A stretch of 55,013 bases of DNA, the filler included, from Sphacelaria rigidula (lineage: Eukaryota): assembly GCA_964200075.2 (NCBI GenBank). It is 5 parts of 5 records of this genome, joined end to end, with 100 filler letters (N's around TTAATTAATTAA, not from the genome) between each part and the next. Parts side by side here need not be neighbours in the genome. Positions count along the whole stretch, not along the records: positions 22,047 to 32,969 come from CAXNAA020005672.1; positions 33,070 to 43,991 come from CAXNAA020005673.1; 3 more parts are not named here. The stretch is one strand, 5' to 3'. Position 1 is the stretch's first letter. Every line of letters starts with the position of its first letter. Under the pieces are notes generated by a model, which worked only from the letters and a program-made list of their open reading frames with translations, did no database searches and was not told where the DNA came from. Below, piece by piece: positions 23,624 through 34,214 of this stretch. The position numbers and the translations under genes are program-made.

Positions 23624-26600
23624 TGTGCAATTGGTCACGTTAAAGCGAGTGAGAAAACCCACTCTCAAGCAATGCTTTACTCTCAGTATCACTAAAACAG
23701 GGTTCCTTGCGTTCTCCGGTCGCCGCAGATTTTTTTCAACAGAGCTGCACTCTTCTCGGAGACCACTCATTTTTTTCGGAGACCGGTCTACCAGAAAGTT
23801 GAACGGTCTCTGAGGAAAACGCAAGTTTGGCAAAAAGAGGGGCTCCCTTTTCAGCTAAAAGGGGTGGTACTAGCAAAATATAGGTATAGGCTCCGCCCGT
23901 GCTTCCCCGAAGTCGATCTAAATTTGATCTTGACGCGAAGGCGAGATGACCACGGCCTACGCAGAGCACGGGAATAGACTTTCACGAGAACAGGGCCGCG
24001 GGAAACTAAGACTGCGTAGGAGGCGCCCGTAGTCTGAGAACGGGGTGGGGCGACCCACCGCCGTTTACAAGTTTCATCCCTCCCCCCACATTCCCCCATT
24101 TTTCTACCCTCTTTTCCCCGAAGTATGCCCACTGTTGGCCACTCTCCGCCCCTCGAAACTCGCCCTCCACGCCTCCGCACGGCTGAACACCACAAGACCT
24201 GAAAATATCCACCGGCTCTTTCCGTGGCCTGGAGAAATCCCCCTTACACACACTAGACCGCATCGAGATGTCTAGCTGGTCTCTACCTCACGGCACAACA
24301 ACGAAAAATTGCGACACTGATCTCTCACCAATTATTGTTCTGCGACACTTGCAGAGACCGCAACCAATATAACGGGTCGCGGCCCCAGATAATATGGCGA
24401 AACAATGCTGAAGGGGCGAACAGGATCGCTGCGTGACGTCTCTGGACGAAAAGTTTGATTTCTTTCTCGGTCAAATTCTCGAACACTTTCGTAGCGTTGC
24501 TAGTTTCCCGACATCATGTATGTGAGGGCAGGTTTCTTATCCGATTCATCCCATAGATCAATGATGAATTTCCGCTTTTTTTCATTGACACAATGGTTTT
24601 TTGTTTGACAACGACAACGCTCGTACGGTAGCACAACAGCCCTGGACACTATCGAGACAGCACTGCAGACCAAAAATCGTGTCAAATGTCCTGAACTGAA
24701 AACAGTATCCCCCCCTCCCACCCCCAAACCAAACCGAACCAACTCCCCAATAGCGCCCTTCAAGGGTTGGCTTTGATTCGCAACTGCGCTGTAAAGCACG
24801 CCCATCACTGCGTACCCTAGGCAACCAGGTTACCTTTTTGTTTTGCTCGCGTTTTATTGCGGTAAGCATGATGGCAGTCGAGCTAGATCATGTTGTGCGG
24901 CGTGAGAGAACCTCAACTCCGCACAATGAGGATTATCGTACCACGTAGTGTTGAAATGGTAAGACACCCATGACGCAGTGTATAAGCTGTGGCTGTCTCA
25001 GGAATTGGCGATACCAGAAAATGAAGCAACTCATTGGAGGCTGTCATCCATATTCAAGATAAACGGAACGCTTCGGACCGAATAACCTTAGCAGGATGCA
25101 GCACACCCTTCATGCGACTCGCCGAACACATCACGACGATTCGCGCTTGGTGATTGACTGCGAGCTCGGTCCGGAAAAAACCCGGCGTGCTCCGTCCCGG
25201 CTTTGTATGGGTGCGAGATCGACGGTCTTACGGCTACGGCATGCAAAATTTATGAGTACACCCCCCAAGACCAACCGTAAAAAACGGTCTCAGGGCGTGA
25301 TAGAATACCTCCTGAAATTCCCATCGCAAAATGGAATTTGTGAACACCTCGAACGGGAACGTAAATGTCCCTTAGACAGGAGCACATGCAAAGGCTTCCC
25401 ACACAACCCAACACTATCAGAGGAGAATCTAAAGGGCGCATTGGCCGCGCAACTCGAGACGCACAGCTCGAGCCGTAGCTACTAACTACGCACGTTATGC
25501 GTGACCTTGCTAAAATCTGTTGAGAATTTCATGAAGAACGATTATTTGTGTGGGACGCGCGCACAGAACATGAGCACAAAAGGTCAGTAACGGCACATTC
25601 TCGGTTTTAATTTGACACGCATTCGACCGCCTTTTATACAAGACAAAACGGATTTCTGTAAAACAAATACTGCCGTGTGTAGAACGACAACGTCTAGGGC
25701 TGCCGAAAATGCGCGTGAGTAGTGGATGTCTGCGTGTGTTTTTCTCGGGGCTCGGTGTGTACATGTCGTGCTGCCTTTTTGCGTGTTGTCTGTATAGTTT
25801 GGTAATAGCAGTACATAGATATTGCACTAACGACCACTGTCGGAATCGTCGCGCTTTTCTAACCTTGTCTGAACCTCTGTGCACATCTGGACGTCGACCT
25901 GAAAAAAAGAGCCGCTTCTCGATTAAACTGGACGTTGTGGAGGTGATCCTTTTTCTACAAACGGATTTTTGTAAAGGGATCATCCCCTTCGATAACAATC
26001 CGCCTGAGCCATCTCTGACAGCAGATATAAGTGCCGCGGGTCTGCTGTAATCACCCCCTCAAGCCGGGGAAGGAGGGAATACAAGATGCCGTACACACAC
26101 GGGAGATACCACCCGTTGGACAGTATCATGTACATAATGAGAGCGGTAGCGGAAGGAGACCTAGGTCCGTTACACAAGAACATGTGCGTTCCTTGTGTAT
26201 GCATGTACGTAAATATAATCATATATGAGAGGTCATTGTCGGCCTTTCGCTGTTGGTGTGCCGTGAGGTAGAGACTACCTAGACATCCCGAGAGGGTCTG
26301 GTGTGTGTGCGGGGGAATTCTCCAGGCCGTGAAAAGAGCCGGTGGATGCTTTAGGTCCTATGCTGTGGCGTGAGAGCGAGTTTCGAGGGGCAGAGGGTGG
26401 TCAACAGTGGACATATTTCGGAGAAGACGGGCACTGTTTGGCCAATAGGCGCGCCTCAAAGTTCGTGGAAGTCTATACCCGTGCTTTGCGTAGGCTGTGG
26501 TCGTCTTGCCTTCGCGTCAGGATTTCATTTAGATTGATTCCAGGGGAGCACGGGCAGAGCCTACACCCGTGTTTTGCTACCAACCCCTTTTGGCTGAAAC

Positions 26601-26997
26601 GGGGGTGGGTCCCCAAAAATCTGCGGTCACCGGAATTTGCGAAGGTGTCTCGGAATCGTCACAAGGAGTACAAGAAAGCATTCTGAGGTGTCAATCGCCG
26701 CCTAGCCCTCTTTTAGGACATCAACGACGTGGAAGGTCCAAAAATGCAATTTTGCATGTTTTCATTTTTGCTGTCTATAAGAAACGGCCTTAATATTGAG
26801 AAACGCAAGGACAAGAGAAGGACCAAAAATGATATTGTAATCGTGAGCTGAGGATATTCTCATCAAAAAAATGTCCTGATTACACTAGAACGTCCTCAAC
26901 TCACGAAAAGAAGAACGATATCCCGCAGATTATTTTCTCATCATGCCCATGCGATTCTCATCGCAAAATTCCAAAGCACAACTCTCAAAACTGAGCT
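22985..26997. mobile_element. Long-inverted-repeat (foldback-like) DNA element, arms ~22985-24300 and ~26250-26997
   Basis: Arms are imperfect reverse complements: gttgtgctttgaaattt / aaattccaaagcacaac; cagctaaaaggggtggta / taccaaccccttttggctg; ccggctctttccgtggcctggaga / tctccaggccgtgaaaagagccgg; tctctacctcacggcaca / tgtgccgtgaggtagaga. The left arm carries a secondary insertion at ~23284-23710. Confidence 0.7.
24817..25267 (+). repeat. Dispersed ~450-bp repeat, copy 2
   Basis: Colinear with 7355-7815. Confidence 0.75.
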
Positions 26998-27029
26998 GCT
27001 AAATGGCCTGCAACATACAGCTCCGTTTG

Positions 27030-27747
27030 TACGGTGGCCCAGCCTGTGAATCTGGGATTCTCACCTCAAACGTGAGAGTTGCAACATAAAATTGATGTGG
27101 AGAATCGGTAGCGCATACTGAGACATGTGATTTCCACACCCTGAGATTGTTTCTTTCATGAGTGAGAAACGTTATAGTAAAAACTGGGTCGTATTTTTTT
27201 CCCTTGAGGCCGCTTCTTCTGGCGAACAAAAACGAAAACCTGGAAAACTGCCTTTTCAGACCTTCTGCGTCGTTTTATGCCCTGAAAAAGGGCTAGGCGG
27301 AGTCTGACACATTGGAATGCCTCGCTGTACTCGTGGGGACATGTCCAAGATATCTTGCGTTTTCCAGTGGCTGCAGTTGATTGTTTGGACACACTTGTAT
27401 TTTTCGCGTAGACCGCTCCTTTTCCTCGGAGACCGGTCAAGGCCAGAGAAACCGTCCGAGGGAGTTTATCAAGCATTCCAAGGTGTCAAATCCGCCTAGC
27501 CCTCTTTTAGGGCATGTAATGACGCAGAAGGTCCGAAAATCAGTTTTCCAGGTTTTATTTTTGTCTGCCATACATGTAACCCAACTCAGGCAAAGGGTAA
27601 AATCTCAGCGTGCGGGAATTGCTTTTTTTAATATCCCCTACCAATTCTCCATACTGTACCAAATTTGGAATTGGAATACAGTTACCCAAAATTGAGGTGA
27701 GAATCCTCCTGCAACCTATAGATCCGCTTCTAAGCTGGCCCAGCTCG
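27030..27747. mobile_element. Palindromic MITE of the same TIR family
   Basis: 27235-27320 is the reverse complement of 27473-27556; ggattctcacctcaa pairs with ttgaggtgagaatcc; right end GGCCCAGCTCG|TA. Confidence 0.65.
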
Positions 27748-28059
27748 TAGTGCCACATATCTAGCGTTTGGGGCGAGGATGTATTTCGGAACAGAAATGA
27801 TCACCGGCTGACTGACTTCCAAACGTGGCTAGCTACGGCGCTCAAGCTGAGCATCTCGTCTCTGTGTGTAAGTACCAGTACAATTGCTCCCAACCCTGAC
27901 TCATGTTTTTTTCGTTTTATCAAAGCAGTTGTCTTCGCATTCCGAGTGTTCTTCGTCGGACCACTTGCCGATGAGGTGACAGAGGGTTCCCTCATGTCTC
28001 TGCTGTACCAAGTGGTCCCCCTAACCCTCCTGCCAATGTCGGTTATCTCACCAGCCGGA

Positions 28060-28105
28060 CCCTAGCCCTAACCCTAATCCTAGCCGTAAACCTAACCCTA
28101 GCCCC
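28060..28105 (+). repeat. Interstitial degenerate telomere-like (CCCTAA)n tract
   Basis: ccctagccctaaccctaatcctagccgtaaacctaaccctagcccc. Confidence 0.6.
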
Positions 28106-28668
28106 AACGAAATACAGACCGTGAACCCTCGGGCACAGGGAGTTCCAAAGTGCAGCCAGAGGGCCAAACAAAAGTCAAGACGTGAATATGACGTCATCTT
28201 GTAACTTTCTTCGTCCCGCGAAAACGGAATGTACGTAGTCTCCGGTTTTTGTGCCAACCATGCTTCTGCCGGTTTGAGGAATTCTGCTGATATTCGCTGT
28301 GGCGGTTTCGGGGTCGATCGGTGGCATCTCGTATCTTGCACCCGAGGTGTTACGGCCTGTTGAGGCCAAATTTTGCATAGAGAATAAACGATGTTTACCA
28401 GGATTCATTGGCTTGCAAATGCGTTCTTCTGATAGGGCTAGATCTGGAGTTACATAAGAGAAAATGCGAGAGTTGTGATTTCCATCCCTTTCTTCATCCG
28501 ACACGCCTAGGTACAAGCCCAAGGCTTCCCATCTTGATACAATATTTAGTGCCCATTCCTGCCCAGGTATTGCCGCACTTCTTCTTGGGTGTGCGGGACA
28601 GTCCCCCCTTGAGACGATCTACTTCCCAATGACTCTTCTTGCATCCCAGCAAAAAGTTGTACAACGAA

Positions 28669-28862
28669 CAGGCGATATAAAAAATGGGAACAATATTTTT
28701 CTCTGGTAACGAACGAAGGTCGAAGTTGTTCATGATACTGAACGTAGGACCCGTCAAACGTACGTTGAAGGCAACCTGTGACTGGTACTACGTTCAATAC
28801 CATGTACAATTTCGACCTCCGTTCCCATAGAAAAACGCGTCTCCATTTTTCAGGATCACCTG
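28669..28862. mobile_element. Tc1/mariner-type MITE (~190 bp)
   Basis: Imperfect ~60-bp TIRs caggcgat..aaaaatgg..aggtcgaagttgt / acaatttcgacct..ccattttt..atcacctg, followed by TA. Confidence 0.6.
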
Positions 28863-29169
28863 TAAATTTCTAACAACTAGACGCATCACACGCGCTGTGA
28901 AATCCCCACAGGGTAACAAGCTATCCCCCGAACAACATCAGTTCTGGGTAAGGTGGCGTGGATTGGCTGTCCTTGGATCACTTCGCAGATGAACGAAAAC
29001 TTGCATCAAATACATTCGCTGGTTTATCCAACATTGTCGTGGTTCTGACCTTAACGGCGATTGTTATGTCGCCGCCTCGATTATTATAGCCAACGCGTGA
29101 TAGCAGGCGAACGACATGCATGGGTGCTGCGATGCTTGCCGATCACTATCGATGTCTGTCACACAATAG

Positions 29170-29351
29170 GTGGCGTTCACGTGGTGGAAGCAAGAAGTGC
29201 GAAAGGTTGTCTCATTTCGCCGACGGAAAGCGGCGGTCTTGAAGTTACAACGGACGAGAGCAAAAACACAACGGCCCCGGAGGACGCGCCCTCTCCCGTT
29301 TTCGATTCGTCGTCCAGCTACGGCAACGGGCTTCGACAGCCATGATAATGG
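29170..29351 (+). CDS. Candidate upstream exon of the protein kinase (possible N-lobe AxxK region)
   Basis: TAG acceptor at 29167-29169 and GTGAGT donor at 29352. The open frame contains RRRKAAVLKL. Its phase-2 end (GG) joins the phase-2 start (T) of the 34215 exon. An assembly gap lies between the two. Confidence 0.35.
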
Positions 29352-30909
29352 GTGAGTTCACGGCACACACCATGGATGACTTGCTGATTATATGCACAAG
29401 CGCAGCAGGTCAGTGCACATCTCGCGGGGGGGGGGGGAGAGTACGGAAACACAAGTTTACTGTGGTAGATCACGAGGCCGGCAAGCACAGCGAATAAGTG
29501 TACAATTGAACCTACGGTACCGTGTTCCCAATCGCCTCATGGTGTGTAGGCGCGCACAAACAATTTGCAATTGGCTTCCACCTCAACCAATTCAGCACGG
29601 TACACTAGATGTTTACACCGGAGGCCTTCCAAATTGTATAGCCCAACGTCGGCCCTTCTGCAAAGTGCAGTATGCTGAAAGGATCCTCGCAAAAAATCCA
29701 TCAGGAGTACAAGGCAAGCGCAAGGACGTTGCTCGAGCTTGATCTATTCACATGGTGCTGGCAGAACCCGTGTAGGACTCTCTGGTAACGACCTGTTTTT
29801 TCGCGCCGATTGATGTGGAACTCCAACCTCGTGAAACATTCAGGGGGGCGGATAGTCAGCGATCCCCGGGGCTCCGGGGGCCAGATTTTTCGATGGCAGG
29901 ATCCAGAGAAAGACGATGCGCAGGATGTAAAGTTTTGGCACGTTCTGCAGGGTCACCCGAGGACTTCGTACCATTCGCTCTGCAGCTGCGCGCATCATCA
30001 GCGCCTACGGGTTCTCGACCGCCCATGAAAATCAGCTCGGTCTTGGGAATTCATCCAATCCCCCCGCCTCGTTCGCCCCCGCCGGCTGGTGCTAGTCGAA
30101 GCTGGCGATGTTGTGCCTGCAACAAGAGGGGCACCCCTATCGATCCCCGAAGATCGCCGACGAAAAATGAGGCTTGTGGTGTCTCTGCGATCTCGGGAAC
30201 CCTTGCGCCCCATCGAATACAAAATGCTGTCGAACGCTTGCTACGTTCTCCGGAGAGAAGGAAAGGCTTCGAATCTGGGGAAATATTCCGCCCCAGCCCG
30301 CCAACGCATACGAGTTTAGCGTGGTCGAGTATCACAAGTCGAGACACAGCAGCTACTACCAATGCTACGGGGGGTGCAATGCGTGGTCCATTTCTTGGAG
30401 GGTATTGTAGCAGGGCGGGCGGACAGCCGTCATGGCTGGTCACGGCTGGAAGTGGTTCGTCGTGTGGAACACAGCAAAGTTCGGTGCTGCAGTCATTGTC
30501 ATGGAGTGCGAAAACCGTGGATATTCTCTCTCATGCGGGCAGCTTGCCGGTGCCAGTGATTGGCGATAATTTTGATGGTGAATATCGTCCCCCGACTAAT
30601 TGTATTGGGAATCATGAACATAGAATACGGCGGCATGGTACGAGGATCAACGGCGGAGTTGTTGAAGGGTACACGCTCCTTTGTGATTCCATTAGTCCTT
30701 GTGTACTTGTTGGTGGCCCGAGATAGCAGTAGCATATGGTGTGGCTGAACACCTCTGGACGATAAACATACGAGGCTATTGCACCTGATCGATCGATTGA
30801 TCGGTTGTCGCATATAAACGGTTCCCCGAGGAATCTAGCAGTGGTCACAACATAGACGTCCCCTCGGCAGACAAAACGGTAACACTCGCTGATGGATACT
30901 CGACACAGA

Positions 30910-30911
<2 letters not shown>

Positions 30912-30944
<33 letters not shown>
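30912..30944. repeat. (TA)n microsatellite
   Basis: Seen directly. Confidence 0.9.
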
Positions 30945-30947
<3 letters not shown>

Positions 30948-32351
30948 AGAGAGACAAGTATACATGGAATCGGAATGAAGTGAAGAAGTGAGTAACGACT
31001 ATTGAGGTGATGAAAGCGAGGGAACACACAAGAAAAACGTCAAGATGGATCTAGTGCTGCCGGTTCCGATGGAAGTAATAGTTACAGAGAGTTTCGGAAA
31101 CGCGTTTTCTTTCTTAGCGTGTCGTTTTGTCAGCGGATATATCTCGTGATATTGGCATTTCCAAAAACTCGCGATACTCTCATCGTTTCGGTTCTCGCAT
31201 GCGTTATGTGGCAGGAATGTTTTCTTCGCAAGTATCAACCTCATGACATACATACGCTATAATGTTACAGAAATATTGGGTTCAGCATGGTTCGTACACT
31301 GCGGAGAAGCTGTGGCAACGCGACTTCAGGTAACTGAGGGACAATCACAGCAGATGACCGGACTTCATGCAAACAACTCATTTCCTGTGCGCCACTTCGT
31401 TCTAAGTTTATCAGCTACACAATATATTGAAATAGTCAGGTTGGTAAGACCTCTCAGCAGTGACAATCGGGAGATCGAATCCAAGCGAACATCATTGAAA
31501 CGGCATTCCTGGTTAGAAGTACCATGTTATGGACGTATTGTTATACGCTCATCTCATGCATAGACGCTGTAGAAACGTGGCTTCATGTGAATGAGAAGTA
31601 AAGACATCATGCGGTGACATGACTTCAAGCGTACAGCAATGGGCCCAGCACCAGTTCGTTCTGTTTTGATATACACAGCCAACACAATGTTTCATCGTAG
31701 TCACGGTTTATCAGATTGGATCTCACCGACATGCAGCACAGGGCAAGCGTCATCCAAACGCGGTATCCAGCAAACCGGTTAATCAATCCAAGCGGATAGC
31801 ATGTCTTCGGCACAGGCGCCATTTTCTTCTTGTGCATTGTTGTTGAGAACTCAACCAAGTGTCAGCTTCTCCTTCGTCTCTCAAGAGCATATTGTGAATA
31901 CCAGGGTTTTCAGATCGATTCAGTTACGTTTCAGCACAGAATCCAACTGGATGTAGGGAGGCATGTTTGTAACCGTCGTGAAGGGGCACGAGCACCCCTC
32001 AACTCCATGCTGAGTCATGCACCCGGTATCCTCAGCCAGCCCTCCGGGCATCGCTAGTCGAATCGCTAGTCCATCCTCGTAATGACCCTCAACCACTACG
32101 CCGCGATCCACACCAAAAAAACGTTTGAGCTGACATGAGAAACGCGTTTACGAAACTATCTGATACGAAAAATAGGAGAAATGACGGGCCCCTGCCACAT
32201 GACTTGAGCGAAGGACGCCGTAATAAACATACAAAGCAAACAATCGAACTGTTGAGTTTTTACAGCTGTTGCGAAATTCGGTGCGTGCATGTTGTTACGG
32301 TGACTGCTGTGCAGACGGCAGTCAGTTCAGTAGAGCAACGAAAGGTAGCTA

Positions 32352-32447
32352 TGTTCAGTAAGCGAACAAATTACCCATTGAAGCAGTGAGCTCTCACTGG
32401 TTCAACGGCTCACTGATTCAACGGGTAAACTGTTCGCTTCCTGAACA
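32352..32447. repeat. ~95-bp hairpin / mini-MITE
   Basis: tgttcagtaagcgaacaaattacccattgaagcagtgag is a near reverse complement of ctcactgattcaacgggtaaactgttcgcttcctgaaca. Confidence 0.7.
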
Positions 32448-32473
32448 AAATATATGCTGTGTGATCCCCCACC

Positions 32474-32516
32474 GTAGTACGAGCCTGGTAGTACGAGCCT
32501 GGTAGTACGAGCCTGG
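32474..32516 (+). repeat. 14-bp tandem repeat x3 (gtagtacgagcctg)
   Basis: Seen directly. Confidence 0.85.
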
Positions 32517-32559
32517 CCCGACGCCGCTAGACTTCACAGAGCGGATGGGATGTGGTGCT

Positions 32560-32969
32560 ATCGACATGGTATGGCCGTCCCTGGCTCAGTGCGTCGTGCC
32601 CTCCTCACGAACGTGGCAGCGGAGCAGCTTCACCGTCGCCGGTTTGCCGTCCGATGATGCTACTTGAACTCTGGCTCCCGCCGTTTTTCTGACCAGAGCC
32701 CTGAGCCTTTCCCGGTCTTTCCTTGCGGTGTGCACCGCTCGGTTTTCCGGTCCCACCCCTGGCAAGGAGAGCCTGATCGCCCGAGGACGAGTTTTTTCCC
32801 CGGACAAGTTCGTGCTTCAAAGCGGTCGATTCGAAGCGCTTTCGGACCGAAGTTCGCACAACCTCCCGTGTCAGCGGCCCCTCTCGATCCTCTAGCAACT
32901 TCTTCTGAATGTGATACTCGAAAGGCAATGCGTTGAGGTATTTCAAAAGGATGTGATTTTCGCTTAGTG
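32560..32969 (-). mobile_element. LTR retrotransposon (copia-like) gag fragment, cut by an assembly gap
   Basis: ILLKYLNALPFEYHIQKKLLEDREGPLTREVVRTSVRKRFE (gag L..LP.EY motif), a Gly/Lys-rich stretch and a decayed zinc knuckle (RCHV..GT.H). Confidence 0.55.
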
Positions 32970-33589
32970 NNNNNNNNNNNNNNNNNNNNNNNNNNNNNNN
33001 NNNNNNNNNNNNNTTAATTAATTAANNNNNNNNNNNNNNNNNNNNNNNNNNNNNNNNNNNNNNNNNNNNTGATTTTGATATTGAAAACAAGTTTTTTTTT
33101 CTTTTTTTTTTCTCAGTCAGCTTCGTCTGTACGTTATCTCTCTAAGGAGCCCAACTGTAGCATGATCGTGAGCATTGAAATACCCACACAATTAAACGTC
33201 CATAACGATACAGACTTATGGGACAGAGGAAGTATATATATCTATTGCTGTGTTTTTTTTTCTTTCCATGCCGTAGCGAGTACATACGTCCCGCTCCCGC
33301 AGAGCTCGCGAGTGAGAGATCATGTGTCAATATTGTCGTTCCTGAATAGCGGAGCCACAGTCTGGTTCCCCGGCCTTTTTCCCGTTTGTTCTTCGTGCAG
33401 CCTCCCTTCTCAAGCCCATGCGGCAGGGGTGGGTCTTTCCTTTCTGTTTTATGCGGAACCGGGACTGTACTAGGTCTTCCTTGACGCTTTTCTCGTTATT
33501 CTCCCCCCCTTTCTCTTCATACTCTTCTTGCGGTTATGTTCTGTTTCCTGTATTGTTTTTCACTCTGTTCTGCCCATCGCTACCCTGTT

Positions 33590-33710
33590 GAGGTCCCTTG
33601 GGCGGGCGGGGTGTCTCTGTTCCACGTGCTCACCTCGGGTACGCCCATGTTGTGACCACGGTTGGGATCCTGGTGGATCGGGTCATGTGCGACGATCAAT
33701 CGATCGATCA
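33590..33710 (+). repeat. Retroposon 3'-end family with (CAAT/CGAT)n tail; related ends at 36535-36650, ~41975-42050 and 30786-30870 (-)
   Basis: Shared tgtgacc.cg..tgg.atcct.g...tgcga..atcaatcgat motif followed by a tetranucleotide tail. Confidence 0.5.
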
Positions 33711-34214
33711 GCCCAGTTTTTATGGGTGTTGTCCGCATGGAAGCACGCAATATATAAGGCGGGTTTTAGGCTGAAAAATAAAGCACTTAGTCGACACCGC
33801 ACTGAAGTCAAGCAGCTCTCAAGCCGGGAACAAAGGACTATCCAATAAGGACAATTTGGTAAATATACGCCGCTCCACGCCATGTGAAACAAACTCACTA
33901 CCTGTAACATAGTGAAGAAAGAAATTGGCATATGCCCGTGTATTTTACTGGCCGACGAAAGTTACAGGCGCAGAGACCGACAAGAATCGGACATTTACAT
34001 TTCTTCACACCACGTGATAGCAGATTCGAGCCACACCTCTACCCTTCTCCTCGTTCGTGTTTCTTCTCTCTCCTCTTTGCCCTCTAGCCTTCCGAGGTCT
34101 CTACCAAAACTGGAGTGCCAGCACGTGATTCCACTCTGGTGCGCTGAATCACTGTGAGGTTGCTCCATTGACCAGGCTGTTCCCCACCTCTGCCCGTGCC
34201 CATTCACCCCACAG

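Noticed and set aside
29815-30726. Longest ORF in the track (303 aa)
   Set aside because: It has no recognisable domain and low-information composition. The upstream sequence hints weakly at a decayed retrotransposon gag, but this could not be supported.
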